NCBI RefSeq assembly: GCF_036321535.1
Contig: NC_087437.1
Coordinates: 100,628,001-100,692,000, forward strand
Reading direction: 5' to 3'
Origin: Camelus dromedarius
Lineage: Eukaryota
DNA length: 64,000 nt
Below are positions 12,150 to 23,790 of the stretch, piece by piece. The position numbers and the translations under genes were made by a program. The notes under the pieces were generated by a model. That model was not told the DNA's origin. It was given only the letters and a program-made list of their open reading frames with translations, and made no database searches. Each line of letters opens with the position of its first letter. The first letter of the stretch is position 1.

Positions 12150-12312
12150 TTTCCAGCCAGTATAATATAGACTCTGTGAGGTTAGGGATTTTTGTTTCTT
12201 TTTTGTTGTTGTTGTTCACTTCTGTATCATAATCACCTATATCAGTGCCTGGGACATAATAGGCACTAAATTAATATATGTTGAATGAATAAATGAATGA
12301 ATCAGTCAATGA
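12150..12312 (+). mobile_element. L2 3' tail
   Basis: cagtgcctgggacataataggcactaaattaatatatgttgaatgaataaatgaatgaa. Confidence 0.75.
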
Positions 12313-13701
12313 AGGAAACAAACAATTCTAGTGACAAGTGTGTAAATCTCAGAGTTCTCTACGTACAGCAGATGCCACATTTGCTACTGAAGATCATTTG
12401 TACTTGAATTAGTAAGATTTGAATAGTCTTAGTTATGCTTATTCTGACATATGGGCACATCAACAACATTTGTGGATAAAGTCTGTAGTTAGAAATAAGT
12501 ACCAAATAAAATGCATTAATAATTTTGAAGTGAAGTAGTAAAATGCACATCAACTGTGGAGGAGAAACAAGGGAACAGTAGGGGTTCCTTCAAGCCAATA
12601 AAACTTTAAGGGCAAAAATTTGTAATTAAAACTGAAATGAATTTAATCTTTCCTGCTAATCACTACTGCACTGTTAGCCTGTTTTCATCAAACTAATTGA
12701 TGGCAGATGGAACAGATGCATAAGTACAGCTCCACTTTATGGCAGGGTTATTGCAAATGTGACTTCCCTCTATTGTATGCATTAACATTCCAAAAAATGC
12801 ACTCCTTTGCTTTTTTCACACACCAAAATTGTTTCTTCTTTTGTGTGACACTGATTACAAGAAATCAAAGGATGTTTTATGTAAACGGAATCCATCTGAT
12901 TCCTTAAATCAGTCTCAAGTAAGCATTTACTGAGTACCGATTAAGTGCAAGGTGTGGAAGATACAGTTTGCTGACTTCAAGGAGCCTGCAAGATGTTTTA
13001 TAGTCCAAGGTTAAACACAATCATTACTTTTTGGTCAAATTTCAGGATTACAGTTTTTGAAGTGTATGAAGTTTAAAATTGAGTCTCACAAAATTTGCCT
13101 CTTTAATTCCATTTCAACAAAGGAAACTGAAGTATAAAGCAAGTAATACCTTAAAAGATTCCTTTCTAGAAATAACATGCCTTTTTATTAGTTTTCTTAA
13201 AGCAATAATTAAACTAAATTGGAATAAACCTAAATAATTATCTCCGAATTGTAGATTTGGGAATCACTGATACAAAGCAAAGTGCAAATTATACTTAATT
13301 ATACTATCACTCTGTAGTTACATAGAAGAATAGCACATGAATTACCTAAAGTTTGGTATGATTTGTAGATGTTAGGTGTAACTTAGGTAATGGGAATTTC
13401 ATCTTGAAATGAGTGCTGAGACGCCAACACTTAGGTAAAGTATAGTGCCTTTTAGTATTAACCACTACCTTGTTCTTTCTTACGTTAATCTTTAATTCTA
13501 TAACTTTTTGTGACCTTAGAGTCATTTCAGCTCCTCCAAACCATACGAATAAAAATACAAAAATGGCAGAAAGCTCATATGTCAGCTCTTAACTGAGATA
13601 TCATCTGTCTGTAGGAAATTTCTGTATACTACAAGTAAATTAGCTACCTCTCCTATATGTTATTCTCCGTCACATCTTATTTCCTTTTAACGTTTCCTTT
13701 T

Positions 13702-13741
<40 letters not shown>
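13702..13741. repeat. Compound microsatellite (TCTG)5(TCTA)5
   Basis: Read directly from the sequence. Confidence 0.95.
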
Positions 13742-13744
13742 ACT

Positions 13745-13897
13745 ATGTAACTTGTTTATTATCTCTTTTTCCATATAAGCTTCTTAAGATCAGAAACTAG
13801 GTTTGTCTTGTTAAGTATTTTATCCCCAGTGCCTAGACGGTTACTACTGCATAATATATGCCCTATAAATATTTGTTGAATATTGTTGAATAAATGA
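13745..13897 (+). mobile_element. L2 3' tail
   Basis: tatccccagtgcctag...ataaatatttgttgaat. Confidence 0.7.
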
Positions 13898-14972
13898 TTT
13901 CAAAGCCACTTGTTTAGCCCAGCCCAGTTTACAGATAGATGTATACTTTATATCTAAATGAACAGCTGCATCTTTTTTTAATGATAAAAATGAAAGGAGA
14001 TTTTATAAATCCAATCTCTTTATTTTTTGGGGTCTGGTCTAATTTAGAACCAGACATGAAAAATTGTTAAGTGGGCCACGCATGTTATATTGTCCATTAT
14101 GCCTTCTTCCCTTTGTCACTTCCCTTAATTTTTTTGAAGCATTCTTATGGCCTCTTTAATTTCTTCCTTATCAAATGAAATGAGGTGAGACATTATTTTC
14201 ATTGACATGAATGAACCAATAACACCTCTCCTAATGATATAGGTAAGTATTTATAGGGATGTCAACTTTATTTATATTATTTAAAAAATTTTTAAATTGA
14301 AGTATAGTTGATTTACAATGTTGTGTTAGTTTCAGTTGTGCAGCAAAATGATTCAATGATATATAACTATATATGTTCTTTTTCAGATTCTTTACAATAT
14401 AAGATTAGATTCAATACAAGATATTGAACACAGTAGGTCCTTGTTTATCTGTCTTACATAGTATTGTGTATATGTTAATCCCAAACTCCTAATTTATTCC
14501 TCCCCACTACTTTCCCCTTTGATAACCATAGTTTGTCTTTTATGTCTGTGAGTCTATTTCTGGTTTGTTAAATAAGTTCATTTCATTATTTTTTCAGATT
14601 TCACATATAAGTGATATATTTCTCTTTCTCTGTCTGATGTACTTCACTTAATATTCTGTCTCTAATTCATTTGAGTTTATTTTTGTATATAGTGTGGGAA
14701 AGTAGCCCAGTTTGATTCTTTTGCACATAGCTGTCTAGATTTCACAACACAATTTATTGAAGAGGGCATCTTTTCCCCACTGTATATTCTTGCCTCCATT
14801 GCCATAGATTAATTGACCATATAAGGTTGGCTTCATTTCTGGGCTCTCTTTTTCTGTTCCATTAATCTACCTATCTGTTTTTGTGCTGGTACCATACTGT
14901 CTTGATTACTATAGCTTTGTAGTATAGTTTGAAATAAAAAAGTGTGATGCTGCCATCTTTGTTCTACTTTTA

Positions 14973-15000
14973 AATCAATCAATCAATCAATCAATCAATC
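14973..15000. repeat. (AATC)7 microsatellite at the L1 inversion breakpoint
   Basis: Read directly from the sequence. Confidence 0.95.
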
Positions 15001-15080
15001 TAGACCCTAAAGCCAGCCACGTAGGATCCCAGCCCCACTCACCAGCAGGATAGCACCAGCCCCTGAGACCTCAGGCCCTG

Positions 15081-15687
15081 CAAGACAAGCATGCCCACTC
15101 TCACTACATCTATTTAACATAGTATTGGAGGTCCTAGCCACAGAAATCAAGCAAGAAAAAAAGTTAAAAGGCATTCAAATTGAAAAGAAAGAAGTAAAAC
15201 TGTCACTGTTTGCATATGACATGATACTATAAATAGGAATCCTAAAGACTATCAGAAAACTCTTAGAACTAATAAATGAATTTATTAAATTGCAGGATAC
15301 CAAATTAATATACAGAAATCTGTTGCATTTCTATGCACTAACAGCAAATTTTCAGAAAAAGGAATCAAGAAAACAATCCTATTTATAATCACGTCAAAAA
15401 AAATAAAATACCTAGGAATAAACGTACTGAGGAGGTAAAAGACTTGTACTCAGAAAACTATAAGACACTTATGAAGGAAAATGAAGATGAAATAAATAAG
15501 TGGGAAGATATAATAGTTTATGGATTAGAAGAATTAATATTATTAAAATCACCATAGACCCAAGGCAATCTACAGATTCAGTGCAATCCCTATTACAGTA
15601 CCAATAGCATTTTTTCACAGAACTAGAACATATGATTCTAAAATTTGTATGGATACACAAAGTCCCTGAGTAGCCAAAGCAATCTTG
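15081..15687 (+). mobile_element. Inverted L1 ORF2 reverse-transcriptase segment (defective)
   Basis: From 15083 translates [49 protein letters not shown] (L1 RT; FADD motif mutated to FAYD; premature stop). Confidence 0.92.
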
Positions 15688-16976
15688 TCTTGTTTCTGAT
15701 CTTAGAGGAAATGCTTTCAGATTTTCATTGTTGAGTATGATGTTTTCTGTAGGTTTGTCATATTACGTTATTTATTATGTTGAGGTATATTCCCTTTATA
15801 CCCACTTTGTTGAGAGTTTTTGTAATAAATGAATGTTGAATTTTGTCAAAAGCTTTTTCTGCATCTATTGAGTTGATCATACGGTTTTTAATCTTCACTT
15901 TGTTGATGCCATGTATCACTTTGACTGATTTGCGGATATTGAACCTTGCATCCCTGGGATAAATCTCACTTGATCATGGTGTATGATCCTTCTAATGTAT
16001 TGTTTAATTTGGTTTGCTGGTATTTTGTTGAGGATTTTTGCATCTGTGTTCATCAGGGGTATTGGCCTGTGGTTTTCTTTTTTGTGATATCTTTGTCTGG
16101 TTTTGATATCAGGGTGATAGTGGCCTCATAGAATGAGTTTGGAAGTAGAAATCCCAGTGCTGGTGCTGGCTGGCTAGTGGGCATGCGTGGGTGATTTGGG
16201 AGTACTGTTGCTGGTCCCAGCTTGCAGCTGGATGTTGCTGAGTTCCCACACAACTGGCTTCTCTGTCTGTGGGGTCTTAGACTGGTGCCAACCAGCTGGT
16301 GGGCAGGACTGGGTCCCAGCACTAATAAGCTAGAGGGAGGATTCCAAAATGACTCTTGCTGGCACCACTGTCCTCATGATAGAACAACCTCCCTCCAGAT
16401 GGCCGCTGTCACCATTTCTATATCTGCAGGGGGGTTCCCAGTGGCCTCCTGCCCCGCTGGGAGTGTCTCCAAGATCAGCAAGTGGGTCCGACCCAGGCTT
16501 CTCTTAAATTAATGTCTCTGTGCTGGGTCACAGCATGTTTGAGATTTTCCATGTGCCCTTTGAAGAGAGTGGAGTCTCTCTTCCCTACTGCTCTCCCATA
16601 TGCAAGTCCCACTGGCTCTCAAAGCCAGACATCCTGGTGGCTTGTCTTCCAGGTGCAGGATTCACAGGCTGGGGAGCCCAATGTTGGGCTCAGATCCCTT
16701 GTCCTAGAGAAGAACCTCTGAAATTTTGGTTATCTTCCTGTTCGTGGGTCACCTACCCTGGGTATACAGGTCTCGACTATACCGTGTCTCTGCCCCTTGT
16801 CTCATTGTAGTTCCTTCTTTATATCTCTAGTTTGTGGAAAATCTTTTCTGTTAGTCTTTAGGTCATTCTCATCGATAGTTGCTCTGTAAGTAGTTGTAAT
16901 TTTGGTGTAGTTGTGAGAGGAGATGAGCTCAGGGTCCTCCCACTCTGTCATCTTACCCACCCCCTGGAACAGGATC

Positions 16977-19190
16977 CTGTTGTTTGTAACCAAGAATACA
17001 GGAATTCTTACGAGGAGTGGAACTAGGTCAAATTTGATATAGTAAGGACTAAAGGCAGTGAAAATCTTCTTAAGATTCTGGAAAAATAATCTGAAAATTT
17101 ATTGTATGCAGTAGTGATATAGTTATTTAAATTTTTACCTGTGATCAATTATAATAAAATATCCTTTGAAGGAAAATCTTTGGGAAATCCAATGTCTCTT
17201 GCCTTAGAAAAATAGGAGAGGTATAAAAAAGTCAAGGACTGTTGGGTGAGATGGCTTTTTCTGACAGTACTGGACAGATCAGAGAAGTAGAGTGACAAGT
17301 TGGAATGCCTAGATTCTTAGCTCAAGGCATCAATTTTCTATGACCATGCCAAAGATTCACTAACCTTTTAAAGCCATAGGTGTGAATTAGTCATGAGCCA
17401 AATCAATAGTTTGGCTAAATCAATTAATTACTAAATTAGTATGCCAGTTGGTTTTTCTGGTCCATGATATCTTTAAAAAAAGTCTGGAAACTGAGAATTG
17501 GGATGGCAGTATCTAGGATGATGTGAAGCACTTGGCAGAGCTTAAACTGCTAACTCCACTGACCCTTTCATGCCAACTAACGTAAGCCTTTCCTCCTCTT
17601 TCTCAAAAAGTTGTTCTCTTTTTGCTTTAAGATGTTGTCTCAATAAAAAATGTTAAAAAAAAAAGATGTCATCATTTTTTTTAATAGACTGAATTTTTTT
17701 AGAGCAGTTTCAGGTTTACAGCAGAATTGAGCAGAAAATACAGAGTTCCCACATAGCCCTCCCTACCCATACGTATATACTCCCCTACCCTCAACATCCC
17801 TCATCAGTGTGGCATATTTGGTACAATTGACGAACCAACATGGGCACATTATTTTCAACCAAAGTCCATAGTTTACATTAGGGTTCACTCTTGATGTTGT
17901 ACATTCTTTGGGTTTTGACAAATGCATAATGACATGTAGCCACCACTATAGTATCATACAGAATAATTTCATTGCCCTAAAAATCCCTTGTGTTCTGTCT
18001 ATTTAAGATGTCATAAGTGTTTAATCTGTGGGAGATTCTTACCAAGACAACTTTTCTCATTTCCACTCTGAGAATGACTTTAATTGTTTGCTTGGTCCAA
18101 TTTCAAGTACAGATTGAAACCTGTACTTAATGATGGCCCATATTTAATGAGAGATGCCAGAAGTTTCTTGGTAATAATGCAGAAGAAGTTCAAAGACTTT
18201 AGGAGACTGAAGTGATGAGGTGAATTTATCTAATATGACCTAATGTGGCTCAGAATATACTTTATTTACAAGACCTTGAAAAATAAATTCATGAGAAAAA
18301 CGCCATTTCCTTGGAAAGGGGCTTTAGAGGTTGTTCTCTGTAGACTGGGCGCACAGTGAGATGTTGCAGGTGAAACTGTTTCCTTGATTGCAGCAGGGAG
18401 AGTTAGACTCTGGGGAAGCAGAGGCCAAAGAGCCTCTTCACCATCACTGACAAAGTGGGCAGCAAAGTTAGTGTGGTATCAGAATGGCTTACCTGCATCC
18501 CATATTAGGTAGCAGGGGAGTCCACTAAGTTCCTGATTGATTTGAACTAAGGCCTGATGAATTACACTTTATAGAATGTTCACCCCTTTTCCTAATTGAA
18601 TCAACTCAGTATCTAAGAATGAAGAGAGTTTAAAGTACCTTTGAGGAAAAACAGACACACAGTGTGAATCTGCCATTCTAGGATTCTCCAGATTATCCTG
18701 TTTCCACTTGCCATCACCATTGTCTCATTTTTATGATTCGTTGACAATGCCTGTGAGCAGACACTAATTTCTAAGGGTTCACAGTGCTACTGCAGACTGC
18801 CAGGCAGTGTAGGCATTTATGGAAAGTTAGCTGATAAATAGAATTTTGACCCAAGCAATAGCATATCTCTATGGAAGAGCAGAGGTTTGTGCCACAATCA
18901 AATACTTGAAAGATGTGGACAGTTGATGTTTACCCCATCCTCCTTTATCTTTACAGTATGGCTGGTGCTGAAGATAGATGAGTTCTAGAAAATGACAGGT
19001 GGTTACTTCAGTCACAACTGCTGTTTCAAATGTGATCTACTTACTGGAGCAAATCAACGTACCCTGACACCTGGTATGCAATTATTTATCTGAAAAATGA
19101 TCTTTTCTTATTCCTTTTGTTCCATTGAGCAGAAAATAACAGGACTTTTAAAAGCTATCATGGCATCTTCAAAATTTGACCCAGGATTCC
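16977..19190 (+). mobile_element. Decayed ERVL provirus: LTR end, gag and start of pol
   Basis: LTR end ctgttgtttgtaaccaagaataca, then ggaattcttacgaggagtgg; gag-like sequence at 18150-18430; pol relics GRAEVCATIKYLKD, VWLVLKIDEF*KMT, LLEQIN, TWYAIIYLKN at ~18873-19100 resembling ERVL RT (EISATIKDLKD...WPVQKTDGSWRMT...LLEQIN...TWYAAIDLAN). Confidence 0.8.
17675..18004 (-). mobile_element. L1MC-type 3' end
   Basis: ttttagagcagtttcaggtttacagcagaattgagcagaaa...ccaaagtccatagtttacattagggttcactcttg; flanked by AAGATGTCAT at 17663-17672 and 18005-18014. Confidence 0.85.
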
Positions 19191-19283
19191 ATCAACATGT
19201 AGTTTCACTGTATAGCTTGCATTCTTCTGCCAGAACCTGGAAGGCAGTTCTCTTAAATGTGATAGTATGACATGTGCGGGTTT

Positions 19284-20130
19284 TCATTCATTCGTTCAAA
19301 AGTGGCTATTCAGTGCCTGTTTTGTGTCAGTCATCTCTCTAGGTGCTGAAAATGTAGCCGTGAACAAAAGAACAAGTTCCTGTCCTCTTAAGCTAACATC
19401 AGAGAGGGGAGAGACTGACAATAAACAAATGAGCATGTAAATACATCACACATCAAATTCTGGTGAATGCTATACAGAAAAATAAAACAGAGTCAAGGGA
19501 AATAGGGGAGGTCAGAGGATGGGGCAGTGTAACTTAGTATTGGACATTAGGTTGAACTATACCAACAGGGGCCTGATGGAAGGGAGGAAGTACATTATGA
19601 AAATATCTGGGAGAAACAAGTTCCAAGTATAAGGAAGAAGAAAGGCAAAGACTGTAAAAGCAGTGGCCTGCATTTCCAAGGTGGTCAGAGTAGCTGATAT
19701 ACAGTGAAGGAGGTGGGATAGAGACAGCAGATCATAATGGACATTGCAGGCCCTCTTTGACTGGGTTGGGAAATAGATAATTTTATGCAGAAGTGTGGTA
19801 TAATCTGAATTATATTTTAAAGGGATCATTGTGATTGACGTATAATGAATATACCAGATGGAAAAGAGGATGCAATTAAGAGACTAAAATTGCAATGATT
19901 AAGATGAGAAGTGATTGTGTCTTAGAGCAGGTTGGTTAGGAGTGGGAGATAGTGAGAAGTAATCACACTCTGGATATATTTTTAGAGGAAAGACGGATAA
20001 TTTTGTTCATGGCTTGAATTTGTGGTGTTAAGAGAAAGAGAAGAATCAAGGGTTTTGACCTGAGGTTAGCCACAGAAGGAAATGGCTACCACTTTTTGGG
20101 CTGGAGGAACCACTAAAAGAAGCAGCATTT
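19284..20130 (-). mobile_element. L2 LINE (continues at ~21062-21400 and ~21814-21900)
   Basis: ttcattcattcgttcaaaa...tcagtgcctgttttgtgtcag...ctaggtgctg antisense tail and downstream L2 motifs. Confidence 0.75.
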
Positions 20131-20140
20131 CCAGAGTCAA

Positions 20141-20378
20141 AAAATATGATATATAGGAAAGTTGTTAAGAGAGTAAATCCTTTGAGTTCCTATCACAAGA
20201 CGATTTTTTTCCTTTTTTCCCCTCTTTTTGTCTATTGAATTTAAATGAGAAGAAGGAAGTTAGCTCAATCTATTGTGGTAATCATTTTACATTATATATA
20301 AATCAGACCATCACTCTGTATACCTTAAACCTATACAGTGATATATGTCAAATATTTCTCAGTAAAACTGGGAAAAAT
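20141..20378 (+). mobile_element. L1MA9/10-like 3' end
   Basis: aaagttgttaagagagtaaatcc...ttgtggtaatcattttaca...tgtataccttaaac...tttctcagtaaaactgggaaaaa. Confidence 0.75.
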
Positions 20379-20379
20379 T

Positions 20380-20640
20380 GGAGCCATCATGGATACAGAG
20401 CCAAGATGAGAGTTTCTCATTGGATGCAAGGGCAGTCCAGCTGGAGCAGAGGCAACGGAGGATAGCACTCATTGCTTGAGATTCCACAGGAAACAGAATG
20501 AAGAGTAGAAATAATGTGACTTTTATTTCCTTCCTGCCCTGTAGGCTTCTGCCAGTGCCATCTACTGGCTGAAATGCTCTGGAAGCCAGAATGGAGGGAA
20601 ACAAGAGATGGCAGGGAGTGAATCTGAGAGCAAACAAGCA
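20380..20640 (-). mobile_element. ERVL LTR fragment (LTR33-like)
   Basis: cttctgccagtgccatctactggctgaaatgctctggaagccag...gaatctgagagcaaaca. Confidence 0.5.
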
Positions 20641-20695
20641 GGGGTACAAGATGGTGAACAAGAGGCAGTTAGATGTGCTGGTTTGGACTTCAGGG

Positions 20696-21061
20696 TGCTA
20701 TGGTCTGAGTGTGTGTGTCCTCCCCCAATTCATATGTTAAATCCATAACCTCCAATGCGATAGTATTAGGAGGCAGGACCTCTGGGAGGTGTTTAGGTTG
20801 TGAGGGTAGAGCTCTCATGATTGGGATTAGTGCTTTTATAAAAGGGACCTCAGAGGGCTTTCTAGCTCCTTCCACCATGTGATGACACAGTGAGAAGTCA
20901 CCAATCTGCAACCTGACTGAGTGCCTTCCCCAGAACTCCACGAGGCTGATATCCTGATCTCAGATTTCCCAGCTTCCAGAACTGTGAGAAATAAAATTCT
21001 GTTGTTTATAAGCCACCCGATCTATAGAATTCTGTTATAGCAGGTGGAATGGACCAAGATA
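20696..21061 (+). mobile_element. MaLR LTR (MLT1A0-like)
   Basis: tgctatggtctgagtgtgtgtgtcc...ccagaactgtgagaaataaattctgttgtttataagccaccc. Confidence 0.85.
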
Positions 21062-21408
21062 ATATATGAATTTGAATTTTTACATCAAAGGCATTTTTTA
21101 AAGCTATTGGAACTTGATGAGATACCCTGGGGAGTGAGTAGAGAAAATGGAGAGAAGAGGCCTAAGAACAGAACCCTGGCCCTCCAGTGTTAAGAGAAAG
21201 TGGAGGAATTAGCAAAGGGACAAAGAAGTTGTGCTCAGTGAGCCAGGAGGAGAGCTGAGAGAGTTGTGTCCTGGAAGCTACACGCAGGATTTATTTAAAG
21301 AAGACAGTGATCAGCCATGTCAAACGCAACTCACAGGTCAAGTAAGATGAGACCTGAGAATTGAGTCATAGGTTTCAGAAATATCAATATCACTGGTGAG
21401 CTTAATAA

Positions 21409-21805
21409 CAGGGCCAGGACTAGGGTAAGGCAAGTGAGGTACTTGCCTTGGGTGCAAAAATCTCAGTATTTTAGTGCAATTAAATGATATCTTAATATGA
21501 TATTTTAAAAAATAAAAATTAATGTAAAATCTACAATAAGTACAATATTCAAAGTTTAAATAATGACAGAATTGGTAACAGTACCAAGCTGAGCCATATT
21601 GGAAGCTGAGAAAAAAAGAAACAACTATGATATTGAGCCTGTCTCTATTTAAACATTTCATAATTTCATTGTTAGCTTTTGCATTAATTTTGATTTTTAA
21701 AATATTCCTTGAAAATTATTTATCTTGATAAATGAGATTTGGTCCCTCTTAAATTTTGTACCCAACACAAGAATCTCACTTAGCTTCACCCTAGCCGTGT
21801 CCCTG
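21409..21805. mobile_element. Non-autonomous hAT DNA transposon (MER96B-like)
   Basis: TIRs cagggccaggactagggt / accctagccgtgtccctg; perfect 8-bp TSD CTTAATAA at 21401-21408 and 21806-21813. Confidence 0.9.
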
Positions 21806-21919
21806 CTTAATAAATGGTTTCATTTGAGAGATGAGAGTGAAAGCGTATTTGAAGACTGGGAAGGGATGTGTTGGTGTATAGAAGGGAGAGAAGAGTGAAT
21901 GGATCAGGACAGGATTGTT

Positions 21920-22080
21920 CCTTCAGCCTGGGCCCAAGAGTAAGAAGAGATTTGGAGCAGATGTTCAGCCTGGAGCCAACCTACAGTTGACTTGCAAGTT
22001 GCATGTAACTTGATGGAGAAATGCACCTTTGTAATTGCAAGGTTCTGGGATTTGGGAATTGTCACCACAGCAAAGATAAT
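21920..22080 (+). mobile_element. Old MaLR LTR fragment (MLT1I/J-like)
   Basis: cagcctgggcccaagagt...tggagcaga...gagaaatgcacctttgtaattgcaag...gatttggg. Confidence 0.5.
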
Positions 22081-22139
22081 CAATAAAAGTTCTCATTCCT
22101 TTATTTTGAGAACAGAAGTTTGAGAAAGCTCACTAAAGA

Positions 22140-22570
22140 ATCTTGATTAGCAGAGGCACTGCTTTAAAGCAAAGAGAGTGTAGAGTGCATAGCAGAGGAG
22201 GAAAATCATAAATACCGATTACAATCACATCACCAGTTGCAGAATCGAAGACTGTAGCCTATGCCTTTATTTTTTTCCTTTACTGTGTTTTGAAGATTTT
22301 TAGTCAGTTGAACTAGTTTTCAATTTTTTTTTTTTTATCATTTTCTTTTCCTATTCTAATTTATAGGAAGTTGATTGTGGTAAAATTTAGTTCACTGGTT
22401 GTAGAATATACAGAGAAAATAGTGAAACACTGTAGGGAGAATATAATCTAGATGAAGTAACTCATGAGGCTTTGGGAAGAGGGGAGCCCTTCTGTACCAG
22501 GAGAAGCTGGATTGTGTCATTAAAATTTTTGTTTTGGAGTGGAAAATATGAAAAGAAGTTTGTGAACGAA
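22140..22570 (+). mobile_element. ERVL internal 3' region (end of pol and 3'UTR)
   Basis: gcagaggcactgctttaaagcaaag...ataaataccgattacaatcacatcaccagttgcagaatcgaagactgtag resembles the ERVL integrase C-terminus. Confidence 0.6.
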
Positions 22571-22709
22571 TCCTGGGTAGTGCAAGTGATGAACTCTAAT
22601 ATGCTTGAAAGGCATCAGAAAATGGATCCAGAAATAATGTTTAATTTGGGCACCCTGTGGCACAGTAATTTTTGACATCTAAAATAACCATCATGGATTT
22701 CCTGTTTTT

Positions 22710-23790
22710 AACTGATTTTTAAACAGTTTGATTATGATCTGCTTTGGTGTAGTTTCCTTGATATTTCTAGTCTGATTGAAGATGTCCCAGAGTTTACTAA
22801 TGCTATATTAATTCTTTTTTTCCAGTCTTTTTTATTTGTTTTGTGTTTCCCTTTGGATACTTTCTAGTATATCTTCAAGTTCACCAATCTTTTCTCCTTC
22901 AATATCTAATTTGCCATTAATTTAATTCAATTTACTTTTGTCTCAGATATTGAATTTTTTATTTCAGAAATTCAGTTAGGGTTTTTAAAAATCATTAATG
23001 TTTACCTAAAGTAATCTTACCTCTACCTTCTTGAATATATGAAGTATAGTTATGTGTGTATTTTAATGTCTTTACTAATTTTATCATCTGATATTTCTGA
23101 TCAGCTTTTATTGATTGATCTCTTTCTCCTCATTTTGGGTCACAATTTTCTCCTTTGCATGTTTGATAATTATTGATTGGTTGCCAGACATTATATACTG
23201 TTACTTACTAGGTGCTGCTTATTTTTTATTCCTGTAACTATTCTTGAGCTTTTTTCTAGGGTGCATTTAGGTTATGTGGAAACTAATCTTTTAGAGGCTT
23301 GCTTTTAAGCTTCTTTTAGGTGGGATCGGAGCAGCCTATAGTCCTAGATTAATTTTGCCCCATTACTGAGGTGATACTCTTCTGAGTACTCTGATGGCCT
23401 GTGAATTCTGAAATTTTTCTAGTCTGGGTGCTGTGAGCACACACCATTCGTGGCCCTGCATGAGCTGTGAAGAATATTACTGCTAGTCCTCTTGGGTGTT
23501 TTTTTCCTGGCTTCGGGTAGTTTCCTCACACGTGCATCCGAAGACTCGAGAGGGATCCTCTGCCAATTTCAGAAGCACTTTCTCTGTGAAAGTTTCTACT
23601 CTCTGGTACTCTGCCCTCTAAAGTCTAGACATTTTTGGCCTCCTTGGACTCAACACTGCTCATCTCAGGGAGACCTCTAGGCTCTGCTTGCGTTCCCCCT
23701 CCCTGCACTGTGGTCTGAAATCTCTGTCCAGCCAGAAAGTTGGAGCAATTATAGGGCTTAGCTTGTATATCCTTTATCAAGAAACATAAT
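22710..23790 (-). mobile_element. Old L1 (L1MC4/L1ME/HAL1-type) ORF1/5' region
   Basis: T-rich antisense ORF1-like stretch (tatcttcaagttcaccaatcttttct...tctaatttgccattaa) and 5'UTR-like motifs. Confidence 0.65.

Larger units (their letters stand above)
14288..16966 (-). mobile_element. Rearranged cetartiodactyl-type L1: 3'UTR, ORF2 pieces and 5'UTR, with internal deletions and an inversion
   Basis: 3' end ttgaagtatagttgatttacaatgttgtg (14297); ORF2 antisense at ~14656-14971 and 15688-16147; 5'UTR ~16148-16966 whose minus strand starts ...aagatgacagagtgggaggaccctgagctcatctcc. Confidence 0.9.

Noticed and set aside
15083..15232. Functional reverse transcriptase
   Set aside because: Catalytic FADD is mutated to FAYD, followed by a stop and frameshifts.
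18105..18128. 8-bp hairpin aagtacag/ctgtactt
   Set aside because: Too short; expected by chance in 64 kb and lies inside a decayed ERVL.
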